Positions 25,935 through 38,084 of a stretch of DNA of 64,000 nt are shown here, piece after piece; within the stretch, counting starts at the first letter, position 1; each line of letters begins with the position of its first letter. The notes beneath the pieces were generated by a model that was not told where the DNA came from, made no database searches, and saw nothing but the letters and a program-made list of their open reading frames with translations. Source of the DNA: the human T2T-CHM13v2.0 reference genome, Homo sapiens. The DNA is taken from the NCBI RefSeq assembly GCF_009914755.1, contig NC_060935.1, one strand, 5' to 3'. The position numbers and the translations under genes are program-made.

Positions 25935-27670
25935 TGATATAGTTTGGCTGTGTCCCCACCCAAATCTCAACTTGAATAGTAGTTTCCATAATCCCCACGT
26001 GTCTTGGGAGGGACCCAGTAGAAGGTAATTTAATCATGGAAGCAGTTACCTTCACGTTATTCTCATGATAGTGAGTGAGTTTTCATGAAATCTGATGGTT
26101 TTACAAAAGGCTTTACCCCTTTTGCTCATTCTTCTATCTCCTGCTGCCTTGTGAAGAAGGACATGTTTGCTTCCTCTTCCATCATAATTGTAAGTTTCCT
26201 GAGGCTTCCCCAGCCATGCTAAACTGTGAGCCAATTAAACCTCTTTCCTTTGTAAATTACCCAGTCTCAGGCAGCTCTTTATTAGCAGCATGAGAATGGA
26301 CTAATACAGTTAATTGGTACCCGGTAGTGGGGCGCTGCTGTAAAGATACTTGAAAATGTGGAAGTCACTTTGGAACTGGGTAACAGGGAAAGGTTAGAAC
26401 AACTTGGAGGGCTCAGAAGAAGACAGGAAAATGTGGGAAAGTTTACAAGTTTCTAGAGACTTGGAGGGCTCAAAAGATAGGAAGATGTGGGAGAGGTTGG
26501 AATTTCCTAGAGACTTGTTGAATGGCTTTGACCCAAATGCTGATAGTGATATGGACAATAAAGTCCATGATGAGGTGGTCTCAGACAGAGATAAGGAACT
26601 CATTGGGAACTGAAGTAAAGGTCACTCTTGCTATGAAAAAGACTGACAGCATTTTGCCCCTGCCCTAGAGATCTGTGAACTGTGAACTTGAGAGAGATGA
26701 TTTGGGGTATCTGGTAGAAGAAATTTCTAAGTGACAAAGCATTCAAGAGGAAGCAGAGCATAAAAGTTTGGAAAATTTGCAGCCTATCAATGTGATAGAA
26801 AAGAAAAACCCATTTTCTGGGGAGAAATTCAAGGCCGTGAAAGTATCATGAAAGAGGGGGTCAATAGCCTGTAAAGCCACAGGGCAGAGCTGCCCAAGGC
26901 TGTGGGAGCACACCTCTTGCATCAGTGTGACCTGGATGTGAGACATGGAGTCAAAGGGGATACTTTTGGAACTTTGAGGTTTAATGACTGCCCTGTTGGA
27001 TTTTGGACTTGTATGGGGTCTGTACCTCCTTTATGTGGGTGATTTTCTCCCACTTGCAACAACTGTATTTACCCAATGCCTGTACACCCATTGTCTCTAG
27101 GAAGTAACTAACTTGCTCTTGATTTTCCAGGCCCATAGGTGGAAGAAACTGCCCTTGTCTCAGATGAAACTTTGGACTTTGCCTTTTGAGTTAATGCTGG
27201 AATGAGTTAAGACTTCAGGGGACTGTTGGAAGGGCATGATTGTGTTTTAAAATGTGAGGACATGCATGAGCTTTGGGCGGGGCCAGGGGCAGAATGATAT
27301 GGTTTGACTGTGTCCACACCCAAATTGCATCTTGAATTGTAGTTCCCATAATCCCCACATGTCATAGGAAGGACCCCTTGGGAAGTAATTTAATCATGGT
27401 AGCAGTTACTCTCATGATGTTCTCATGATAGTGAGTGAGTTGTCATGAGATCTAATGGCTTTATAAGGGGCTTTCCCCCACCCCTTTGCTTATAATTCTT
27501 GTTGCTGCTGCCATATGTAGAAGGACATATTTTCTTCCTTTTCTGCCATGATTGTAAGTTTCCTGAAGCTTCCCCAGCCCTACAGAACTGTGAGTCAATT
27601 AAACCTCTTCCTTTATAAATTACGCAGTCTCAGTTATGTCCTTATAGTGGTGTGAGAATGGATTAATACA
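25935..27670 (+). mobile_element. THE1 (C/D-like) MaLR element: 5' LTR 25935-26308, shortened internal region, 3' LTR 27295-27670
   Basis: Two tgatat...aataca LTRs; THE1-int sequence (gctgctgtaaagatac..., ggggccaggggcagaa PPT); perfect TSD cacag at 25930-25934 and 27671-27675. Confidence 0.95.
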
Positions 27671-27839
27671 CACAGTAACAGTGTAGTTTCTTAATCTTCC
27701 AAAATGTCTCCTGACCATTTAGGGAATATTGGTCTCATAAATGCTCCCTAAGAAATGCCTTAGAAATCTCAGGCACCCAAAATGACTGGATAAGCTATAG
27801 TGTAGATCCCAGTAGTGAGCTTTGAGGAATAAATCAACA

Positions 27840-28680
27840 AGATAAAGATGACAAACTAGTTTGTAAATGTTATATAATCTGACAATATAAATGTAATATA
27901 AATAACAAAAATGGGAGAAGATGAGACTAAGTGGATAATGGAATATGGTTGCTGATGACCTCATTAGTATTGACTTGTAAGAAAAATGAAATAACAAAAG
28001 CTTAAGCATTTTTAAAGAGTCGAAAATATCTTTAAGGTAATGTTTGTCATTGAAATTAAGTAATGGAGGAGAGAAAATGAGAAAAATTGATGCTAGCTAT
28101 CTTCATTATTGTTCATTGTAAGTAGCTAATAGACATCATCCAGAAAAGACAGTGCTATGGATATTATATAAAGAAAGGTATTGGTATAATGAAAACCACT
28201 AGAACAAAAAGATAAACTATCCTAAAAACCAAAATAAATACCATCAACATTTAAAAAAATCATAATGTAGTGAAAGATTTACTGTGTGTAAGTGTGTGAT
28301 TATATAAATATAATGCAAAATCGTATGACAGAAATTAGAATTTTGAGTAGCTCATTAGTAAATATAAATGTGCTTAGCTTTATTAAAAAAACTAAAAAGA
28401 TGTTTAGATTGGCTAACAAATTCATATCCAATTGTTTGCTGAACACAAGAGACACACCTAATATAAAATGATTTAGAAAAGTTAAAAATAAAAGGATGGG
28501 CAAAGATACATGAAGAAAATACAAATGAAAAGAAGAAGTTGTAATTCTGATATCAGACAAGGTAGAATTTAACCAAACAAGAAAACTTTATAAACTAAAG
28601 GCCATAATTAAAAACACAGGTAAAAGAGTTATTTGTGTGCTTTTAAAAAACATAGCAGCAAATTTTAATAGGACATACTA
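27840..28680 (+). mobile_element. Old L1 (L1M) inter-ORF / ORF2 endonuclease relic
   Basis: acaagagacacacctaa...ttaaaaataaaaggatgggcaaagatac...attctgatatcagacaaggtagaattt encodes QETHL...LKIKGWAKI...ILISDKVEF. Confidence 0.8.
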
Positions 28681-28689
28681 GAATAAATT

Positions 28690-30030
28690 CATTACTGTTT
28701 TTCTTAAGATACATACTTTCTAACTTTCACAACAGGAAATGTTTGAAAGTAATGAGAGTTTGAGAACACTTAGTTCATCTAGTTCCCAGGTTGTGGGCCC
28801 AGAGCCCCAGAGGTAATGTCTAATCCCAGATGTGGGGAAACATAGGTACTCCATAAGTCTGTCATTTCTTTTTGCTGGAAAGAAAGGGGATGCACAAAGA
28901 CATATGTCATGTCAAAGGGTCACTGTCAAACATGAAGGGACTTCTAATGGCCAAAGATTCAAAAATGACAAAAGTTAAGCATTGAAAAAATAATAATTGA
29001 AATTGATTCAGACTCATTTCATATATAAATACCTGTAAAATTATGATGATATGTAGAAAGAAAGAAAGAGGTAGGAGAAGAGAGCTATCCACACCTCTCC
29101 CAATTAATTGGTTGTATTAGAAGTAACAGGCCCCAAATCCTTTCTCTAACAACTTAAGAATTAAATGCTTTTCTTATTGCAATTGTTTTTCAGTTTGCTC
29201 AAATCATACTATTATCTAAATATTGAAAAGTTATTCTTTGTTAAAATAATTATTACTAATATATGTAGAAGAAATGATAGAATTACAAATATTTTGCAAT
29301 TTCCCATTTAATCATTGGGGCTGGCACCAATAATTAAAAACAGGAGACAATCATGGGAAATGCTGATAAGAAAAAGAATAAGAGGATGGGGCTGTCACAC
29401 CCTGAACTCACAGGTAAATCATAGCATCACCAAGAGATAGTTACATATTTTGTGTCTCTTGATATGGTGAATATAAAATATTTAGCACCATCTGTAAAAT
29501 ATTCTTACCAAATGGTTGAACCTGATTCTAGTAGAATGTAAGTCATGAGAGCTCATTTCCAGTTTTCAGGAAATAATAAGGTTAGAAAAAACAAAGACAT
29601 ATCTTCAATATGGAACGTCCTTCAAATTGGCTGACCTATTTTGTTTTCTTTTTGCGTAAATCAATAGCATGAAAAAAAGGAAATGTACTAGTCCAGCATT
29701 AAAGAGGCTCAGATTCATAACAACCATATGTAATGATAGACGTGGGTTGAACCCTTATTGAAGCAACCCATACTTTAAGTTGTAAGGAAACAACTGAGGA
29801 AATATGATTATAAACTAAGTATTAGATGGTTACAAGGATTTGTGTTTAAAAGAAAAAACAAGTAGAAAAGAAAATTGAATATAAAGAGACAGATAAAGCA
29901 AGTGTGGCAAAACCTAAATAATTCTTGAGTCTGAAAGATGTGTTTGTGGGGTTTTTCACACCATTGTCCTTATTTTGTTAATGTTTGAAAATTTTTAGAG
30001 TAGCTTTTAATAAATGTAAATAATAAAAAG
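28690..30030 (+). mobile_element. Old L1 3' UTR (L1MC4/5- or L1ME-like)
   Basis: cataacaaccatatgtaatg...gggttgaaccctt; aagcaagtgtggcaaaa...aatgtttgaaaattttt...taataaa. Confidence 0.65.
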
Positions 30031-31069
30031 GAAAAAGTTCTCATCTGTTTTATAAACTTTGAGAATAATTAAAAGAATAAGGCTTCTAGGAAACACAAAG
30101 CTCTAATCAGGAGCACAGAATGATGGCTAATTTGTTTTCAGAAGTAAAACAAGTACCCAGCACATAAAGCCATTTTTTTATAAACCTTACTCAAATTGTA
30201 ATGCAACTGCTAACCTTTGTAAATGGGATTTTTTAAATAAAAATGTGCCCTGAGGCAATTTATATTTATTGTCATGTCTATGGCTAAAACCAAGGAAACC
30301 AAATTCTAGTTGCAAGAAAGATTGTATTTCCCTTCTTCGTGAGCCTAGTGTAAGGGAGATTGGTGGCTTTCCGTTTCCTGCATTTTTCCTTTTGTAATAA
30401 AGCATTTAAGTTTATTTCTTAGCAAGACCTGTTCTGCAGTCAGAAAAGCTCTGGGGAAGATTTGGGCTTTAATGCCAGCAAATGGAATCATGGATGGTGA
30501 TGTTGATCTAGCGTTTGGCTTGTAAGAAATGCTGAGCCAAATAATCCTGCAGTGTTCTAGAGGGATCTTGTGATATAGTTTGTCTTTCTGTCTATTCACA
30601 ATCAAAAATAAATCACAGGATTAGCTTACCTAGCAACAAGCAATGGGATGTTGAGTTTTAGAGAAATCAGAAAGACTTGATCTATGCAATTGAATGCCAC
30701 TCACCTCCAGAATTCTGTTCTAACTCATTAGGGTGGGCATAGATGTCTTGGACTAAGTGAAAATGCAACATCAGTGAAATGTGTCATTTAGCATCTGCTA
30801 ACCTCCTTGGCTCTCTTCTTTCCATCATGATGTTCCCCTTTCTTTTGGTCAAACATAAGCTTTCCTGCCCCATTTAGTCTCTGGCAATGAAAAAGTGGTG
30901 AACATATTTATTACAAGTGTCCATGACATCGTAGACAAACCTTCCCAGGACTATTGACATTTTAAAAGCATTCATAATTGATTCAAAGTGGATAGTAATC
31001 TATTAGAGGGATTTCGGTAACCAGCACACACTATATATGGAAAAGAGGAAAACCCATACCTAATTATGA

Positions 31070-31290
31070 TAATAGCTAATATTACTTGGGCATAGACTAC
31101 GTGTCAGTTATTTTCGTGCATAATTAATTTAATCTTCACAACAACCCTGAAGTATAAATATGATTATCACTGAATTACAGGAAACCTAAGACACAGAGGA
31201 GAAAAGCAGTTTGCACAGATCACACAGCAAGTGAGTATCAGAACAATGTTAGGACTCAGTCAGTTTGACTCTAAACTAGTGATTAATATG
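31070..31290 (-). mobile_element. MIR SINE
   Basis: tttaatcttcacaacaaccctgaag...ttgcacagatcacacagcaagtgag. Confidence 0.75.
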
Positions 31291-31299
31291 AGCCTGGCA

Positions 31300-31597
31300 A
31301 TGTGCTAAGCACTTTGAATTATATATTGACTCCTCTGCCTCTGTGACTTGTTGCTATTGTTTGTTTTGGCATTTGTTTTGTTTATTTATTAGTAATTTGT
31401 CTGAATTGATTTTGTGAAGCCCATTTTCCCTCCCATGTGCAGCCTCAGATGTCCCTTCTCAAAATTTTTCTCCTTGTTTGCGTCTTTTAGCTCAGTTTCC
31501 TGAGATTAGCCCCTGAGTCCATAAACCCCAAATATTGGTTAAAGGTTGTGCTTCAGCCCCATTGGTCAGTTAAATTTCCACCACTCATTACCTCTGG

Positions 31598-31637
<40 letters not shown>

Positions 31638-32898
31638 CTTGGATATTTTGGATATTGCTTTCATAATTCAGGAAGTTTATGTTTCACATTCAACCAGGGA
31701 CTAATAGCTCAGAAGTTTCCTCTCCAGTTATTCATGAGAGGGCTCAGCTTTGGCCAGGCACACTCTTCCAGACCACCAGGGTGGAGAGTGATTACTTTTA
31801 AGCCTGGTTTCTAGGTATTGACCCTGGATCAGAGGATTACATTGTTCAGCTAGTGTTTAGTTAGATGTTGTGCTTAATCCTCTTGAGTCAGTGAGGCTTC
31901 TCCCTTTTGCTGATGGATCTCTGTGTTGCTTAAGGAATTCTTTCCATTCCGCCCCATGTCCCATTCTGATTACTTGAAATGAATGCAGCCTAGTGTATGC
32001 ACACTCCCTTTCACACCCCCAGGGATAAGTGTGATCCCAAGAGGTGTCTCCTTGGCTGTCTTTTTCTGTTATTACTTCTGGCTGGTCTTCCATTTTTAAT
32101 TTCAATAGGATCATAGAACTACCAGCTACTCTTAATCACTTGTTAACAAAATCTGCATTTATCTTTAGCCATGAACTCCCTCATGCTTTGTGCCAAGTAA
32201 AGTCAGTCCGTTTAGTCAGAGCCATGAAGCTGAAAGCTGGGAGTTGGGAACAGCAGTCCTTTGACTCCTTTACTTTAGCAGCACTCAGGGGTACAGCAGC
32301 CTTTTATCTTCTCAGCTTGTCCTTCCCAGCATAAAACCTCTATACTATAAACAAGTTGGGCCCCAAGAGTTTTGACCTGTTGTGTCTAAGGCAGGGCTTT
32401 TGTCCAATGAGTGGAAACTTGGGTGAGGGAAGGGAGCCTCATTCCTCTCGACCATGCTCACCCAAAATAAAACTTGTAACATGGAGTTTGGAGGGCAGAT
32501 CTAAGAGATGCCTGTGGCCTGCTCCTTTCAGAGTAAAACTGTTGGTTGCCCGAGACTAGGAATTGCAGGGACAGACAGCCTTGTCTTCTTGGCCATAACC
32601 ACCCAAAATAGAGCACCTGAACAAGCAGTTCTAAATCTGAGAGCTGATGGGGAAGCTGTGCATGGGATAGGAGCAGGTCCTGGCCTGGCCTGGCCTAAAT
32701 GCAGCAGATTCTCACTCTTCCTGTTCAGATTTCATAGGGCGTCTCGTACCCCTGTTTCTCCATTTGATGCATGCTGTTAGGACAACTTTCAGAGATTTCA
32801 GTGGATTGTTTATGTTTTATAATTATAACTAGTTAAATGACTTTTTTCCCCAGGGAGATAATCCACCAACCTCCTCGCACAGCCATTCTGGAAGTCCC
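31300..32898 (-). mobile_element. Old L1 5' UTR (L1MD/L1ME-type)
   Basis: Ends cagccattctggaagtccc, whose reverse complement gggacttccagaatggctg is a typical L1M 5' start; internally repetitive and GC-richer. Confidence 0.65.
31601..31636. repeat. (TG)18 microsatellite
   Basis: Direct count. Confidence 0.97.
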
Positions 32899-33829
32899 AA
32901 GTCCTGCCTCTAGAGACTAAATGAAACTTACTTGTCTCTTTTTCACTTCTCTCACATCTCTGTTAAGTGACAGGTTGGCTAATCAACTTAATGAATTACT
33001 ATCTGCCTTTAGTCATATCTGAAATAAAGTGGGAAAAAAGGAAATGAGGAAAAGAGAAGATAATAAGAGATGAAGGGAAGAGGGTGGAAAGTCAGGGGGA
33101 GAAATCAGGGACAGAAGAAGCAAAAGGTGTAAGCATCTTTAAAAGTTGTAAGACCTCTTGCCATCAATAATCTTATTTTTTGGCTGACAATAATCTCACA
33201 GAGGAAGGCAGGGTGGGAATGATTACCTCATCCTTTACAGTGAGAATATCAAGGTCAACAAAGGTTGGAGATTAGCTTAAAGTCACATGGTACATGGAAG
33301 AGCCCAGAGAAGATCCAGGTCTTCTGACCCCTGGTCTTTCATCCCTTCCACTACACTCTGAGGCCCCAGTCACTCCCTGGAAGGAGTCATGAGAGGCTAT
33401 CTGGTACTGTAGCAGGCCCATCTAGGAAGATAATCTGAGGAAAAAGAGCCTTCGGTACTTTATCACGGAGGTGGCTACTGTATATATGTCAAGTCACTCT
33501 TCTTTTTAAATATCTTGTCTCTTGGAGTTTGGAATGACTGTTTAGATGAAAGCACCCCCTTAAAGACCATTCTAAGGAGCCACCGAAATGCAGTGCTTTC
33601 AAAAATTAAACAAGACACATTTTACAATTTTCCAAACATCAGACAATTACTAACCCTCACTCTTAGTCCTCTGTGAGCACAAGTGATAACACAGGTCACA
33701 CAGATGCCTTTCTCCCTCTTTAGATCCTCTTTAATACCTGGAAATTGGTTTAAATTTCCTGACTGCTCTAGGTGACAGTGGTTCTTGCAACTCTTCAATT
33801 CTCTTCTTTCCCCCTTTTTAATCAGAAAT

Positions 33830-34178
33830 CAAGATGCTGCCCTGAGAGTCACCTCTCATGCAGAGTGAGAAATCTAATAACTGAAAGCTTTTCTAATTTT
33901 TGCCCTCATTTCCAACTTAGGAACAATGGGATAAAGCCAAATATGCACACCTAATCAATCACATACGATACCCTGCTTCTAGTTAGCTTGTCTATAGCTT
34001 CCCTGTGCCAGCATAACCAAAGTTTTCCTTTTTTTCCACTGTAAGGCTTTCTCTCTCTTCTGCCTGCCTTGGAGTCTTTGCCAGAATAAGGGATGGTGGC
34101 TGATTTCCTTACTTTAGTAAGCTCTGAATAAATAGCCTTTGCTTGTTCTCACTGTGGTGAGCTTCATTTATTTCCTAT
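33830..34178 (+). mobile_element. ERV1-class LTR fragment (MER90/MER110-like)
   Basis: gatggtggctgatttcctt...aagctctgaataaatagcctttgcttgttctca...ttcatttatttcc. Confidence 0.55.
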
Positions 34179-34308
34179 ATCATGGATTCAAAATCCTTTA
34201 CAAACCATGAAGCAATATTAAAAACATTATTATGGTTATCATAATCTGTTACTTCCCAAATTGTGGACCATACGACTAGAAAGGCCATTAAACATTTCCT
34301 AGTGGTTT

Positions 34309-34332
34309 TTGTTGTTGTTGTTGTTGTTGTTT
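34309..34332. repeat. (TTG)n microsatellite
   Basis: Seen directly. Confidence 0.9.
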
Positions 34333-36544
34333 ATTTTCCTTCAAATGAAAACCCAGTGAGTGTTGAAAAGGCCAAACCACATGTCTCTTTCTCATATTCT
34401 AGTTCAGGCCTTGCAGTGTCCACTCAAAATCTACTGATTTAGTTGAATTACCTAATTATTCAAATGAAAAAAGTAAAGCTCAGAAAGAAGTAGCTTGCCC
34501 TGAGTCACAGAGCCAGTTACTAGAACCTTTCTTATCTTCTAACTTCCTGTCAAAGTTAACTTCTCATACACACTATGTCAATGCATTATAACACTGGGGG
34601 AGCTGTATGTCCTGCCAGGTAACCTGGGCGCAGGGATTTACAAGCTCTCTGGAAAGAATTGCAATTATGTGGAAAGAGAAAGGAAAGGAACAAAAGGGTG
34701 ACATCTTGGCAAACAAAGGACATATACCCACTCATCGCCTGAACAGAATAATTTTTAACATTAAAGGAGGTAGCTAGAGCTCAACTATTTCCCTTTTATT
34801 TTCAAAATAGTGGGAACCTCCCTTTTCTACAATTTAAAAGAGTAAAAGATAAGAAAGGGACAAATAGACAAATAATGTGAAGGAAGAGCAAATGCTACAG
34901 ACAAAGCTTATGAAGAGGCAGTCTTGTCTGGGTGATGGTGAATATGTTGATGCATTGATGTGCATGATGCTTGGAGACTAAGAAAGAAAATGCCAAATGA
35001 GCCTGAACAGCAGTGCATGTTAAGTGGTATTGATGGATTTGAGTATAAATTGGCTGAGGAAAAGTGGTTGCAATAGATAGCTCATGCTGGGGATCTGAAT
35101 GTATTTCTAATTGTATTAAAGGAATATGACTAGACATCCTACATTATGCTGGTCATCATTCTCCTCATCACCGTCCATATTTCCCCCAGTGGGGAGAAGG
35201 AATCCTGTGGGAAATTAAGGAGAATACAAGTCAAATCGGAGCCTTCTCTTGCCTGGCTATGCTCCGGGCTCCCTTTGTGCCACTTTGTGTAGATTTAAGA
35301 AACATCAAAATTTTGATGAGCATCATTTCATTGGACTATAAAGTTCATATTTTATATTTATCCTTTAAATGATGTATCCTTTTTAAATGATGGATCCTTT
35401 TTAAATGATGGGTTGTGAATAGGAACCAGACTCATTCAAGCTATGCCAGACTGGGTTTTCTAAGGCAATTACCCATTATTGTTGGGATGCTTCCTAGTTA
35501 ATAACTCTCAAAGGGTAGCCTATAATTGAGCCTCTGGATAACCATAAGTCACATGCACATTTTCAGTGAGATTTATAGTTTTTTTAATTCTCATTTAAAT
35601 AAATCTATGAAGCTAAATCTTTGTTTTTCCTGTTCCATTGATGAGACCTGTACAGTTTCATTTTAGAGAGTTTATTCCAGATTGTTCCTGTCCCCAGTGT
35701 TAAGGAAACCTATAAACTCATAAAATATTAGTAGGTCAAACTCGAAGAAACTTAAAAACTATTTATTCAATATTTAATTTTATTTCACGAGATCATTTAT
35801 ATGCAAAGATATTAAGTGACTAGGCCAAATTCACAGAAATAGTTTGTGCTACTGCATGAACCAGGCTTCAGGTAGCCTCATAAACTCATTCTATTTGACA
35901 AAGAGGTCTAGCTATCCCCCTTAAGGGAAAATGACATTTCAAATTAACTTGCCAAAAAAATATGTTTGTTGTGTCTAGAAGTTTCATTAGGTGTCAATTT
36001 TGGCAGATATCTTTTGGAAAATTCTTGTGACAATATTAAAGTGAATGCTTGGAAGTCACGCCCTGTGACAAGAAAATAAAAATTGGTTTTCTAATCAAGT
36101 AGGCATATATAATTTAGGTAGTAAATGACCAAATGGTGTGCGTTGCTGTTTTTTTTACCAATTACAGAAGTAATTTGTAAAGTAGAGAAATAACTGAATC
36201 TTTCACTTGCAAAGATAAATCTATTTATAAATAAATCTATTTGTCTGCCTATAGCATAGTCATCTTAAGTTATGAATATATAATATTCTCCCAGAGAAGT
36301 GTGTGTGTGCACACGTGTCCCCTCCTAAGTTTACTTAGAAATTAAATAACAAATGTCAATTTATGGCCAAAGATGTTTGCTACATCATGTTTATTACTTG
36401 GCTGAGAATACTCAAATGCTCACCTAAAATATGAAAAAAAAAAAAAAAGCAATAGATTAGCCAAAAAACAACCTGTATTCAGAAAAAAAAAAAATGTAAC
36501 CAGAGTTACGGAGCCTCCAGAAAGAGGATTTAGATCATTAAGTC

Positions 36545-36760
36545 AAGGGAGTGCTGTTCATAAAAAAATCAGTATTACCAAATGAGGGTGCACATTAGAA
36601 TGCCCTAAAGAGCTACAAGCAAACATTGAGGTTCCCAGGCCCCTTTCTCAGATATTTTGACTCAGTACGTTGGGGTAAATTCCAAGAATCTATATTTTTC
36701 CAAGTTTCTCTGATGACTGTCATGCAGTCAGTCCATCTCTCAGCTTTCAAGAACCACTGC
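36545..36760. mobile_element. MER5A-type hAT MITE
   Basis: cacattagaat...gatattttgactcagta...ccaagaatctatattttt...aagaaccactg. Confidence 0.7.
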
Positions 36761-36799
36761 ATAAAATAATATTCCACTTCTTCTGAGAGGCAAATATAT

Positions 36800-37030
36800 T
36801 CTAGCAAGAAATGACAATCAGTATTTATTAAGTATATTTTGTAGCATTTAATATAAGGGTTAGGACTTTTAAATATTATTTCATTTAATCTCCCCCACAG
36901 TCCTGAGAGGTGGGTACTGTTTTCTGAATTTTCTTACCGAAGGAACTGAGCTTTAAACACCTTAAGCAAAGGCCCAAGATCCCAAACTTAAGATTCTAAA
37001 TTCTCTGATCTTTAAACCAAATTATGTTGC
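36800..37030 (-). mobile_element. MIR SINE
   Basis: tttcatttaatctcccccacagtcctgagaggtgggtactgtt. Confidence 0.7.
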
Positions 37031-37906
37031 CTCTTCATTGCTACAAGTATCTTTGAGGTTTCCTCTTGGACTATTTAGTCAGCTAACTAATATTTACTGA
37101 GCATCTACTAAGGGCTGGCTAATGTAACTTAGTTATATATGTTGACTACTCTCTTTGAGAGCTTTTTTGCTTGGATAAAAATAAAAAGTCAAGTACTCAT
37201 TTAAAATGTATTTTAATGTGTCTCTCAGTGAAGAACTAGACCTGTACTTAAGCAAGGATGGCTGGTATCCGCCAATGACAGTTGGTGTTACGGACACTTA
37301 GCACCAAAACATCTTCTCAATGATATTTAATCTCTCTTGCATTCAATTTAGCATGAACAGTGAGATTGTCTATGTGAGGCAATGTATAATTTTGAAGAAA
37401 TAACCAACAACAGTGGAACACAGAACGAACACTGGGATTAACACCAGAATATCCACTTAATTCCTGGGCTCTGTCACTAAGTGACTGTCACTTGAATTCT
37501 GTGTATGATGTTCCTCAAATATAACATAAGGAAATGGGGCAAATGTTCCAATTCTAATGATCTGTGATTAGTATGTCTGAGAAAATATTTTTAACAGGGA
37601 GACCTTTCCGCCAGTCCTTAACCACCCTTTTTTTCCCTACACAAGAGCACACAGACTCAGACCCAAGGAAAAAGCTATCAACTGTCTTTAAAACTGAGTT
37701 ACTTCACTTCTAAATATCTACCAACGTGTCATTTGGAAAATTTTATAGATGGGATAGTCAGTAAACTTATGCAACTTATTTTATAGATGGGATATTCAGT
37801 AAACTTATGTATTCACTCCAAAAGCAACTGCATATCAGCAACATGAGAGCTCTTTGCAAGGTGTAGGTCATTTGGAAGAAATATGTATTAAAAAGGTAGC
37901 AGTTGA

Positions 37907-38084
37907 GGTTGGTCATGGTGGCTAACACCTCTAATTTCAGCACTTTGGGAGGCTGAAGTGGAAGGATCACTTGAGCTCAGGAGGTCAAGGTTGCAATAAG
38001 CTATGATCATGCCACTGTGCTCCAGCCTGGGAAACAGAGTGAGACCGTGTCTCAAAAAATAAATAAATAAAATTTTTAAAAAAT
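37907..38084 (+). mobile_element. Monomeric Alu (FRAM/FAM-like or collapsed AluJ)
   Basis: Single arm with A-rich tail; TSD ttaaaaaggtagcagttga / ttaaaaagttagcagttga. Confidence 0.9.

Noticed and set aside
26394-26946. ORFs inside the THE1 internal region
   Set aside because: Short remnants of the non-functional MaLR internal ORF, interrupted by stops and a deletion
34584-34605. CTCF-like acactgggggagct
   Set aside because: Lacks the CC and AG core positions; alignment needs a gap
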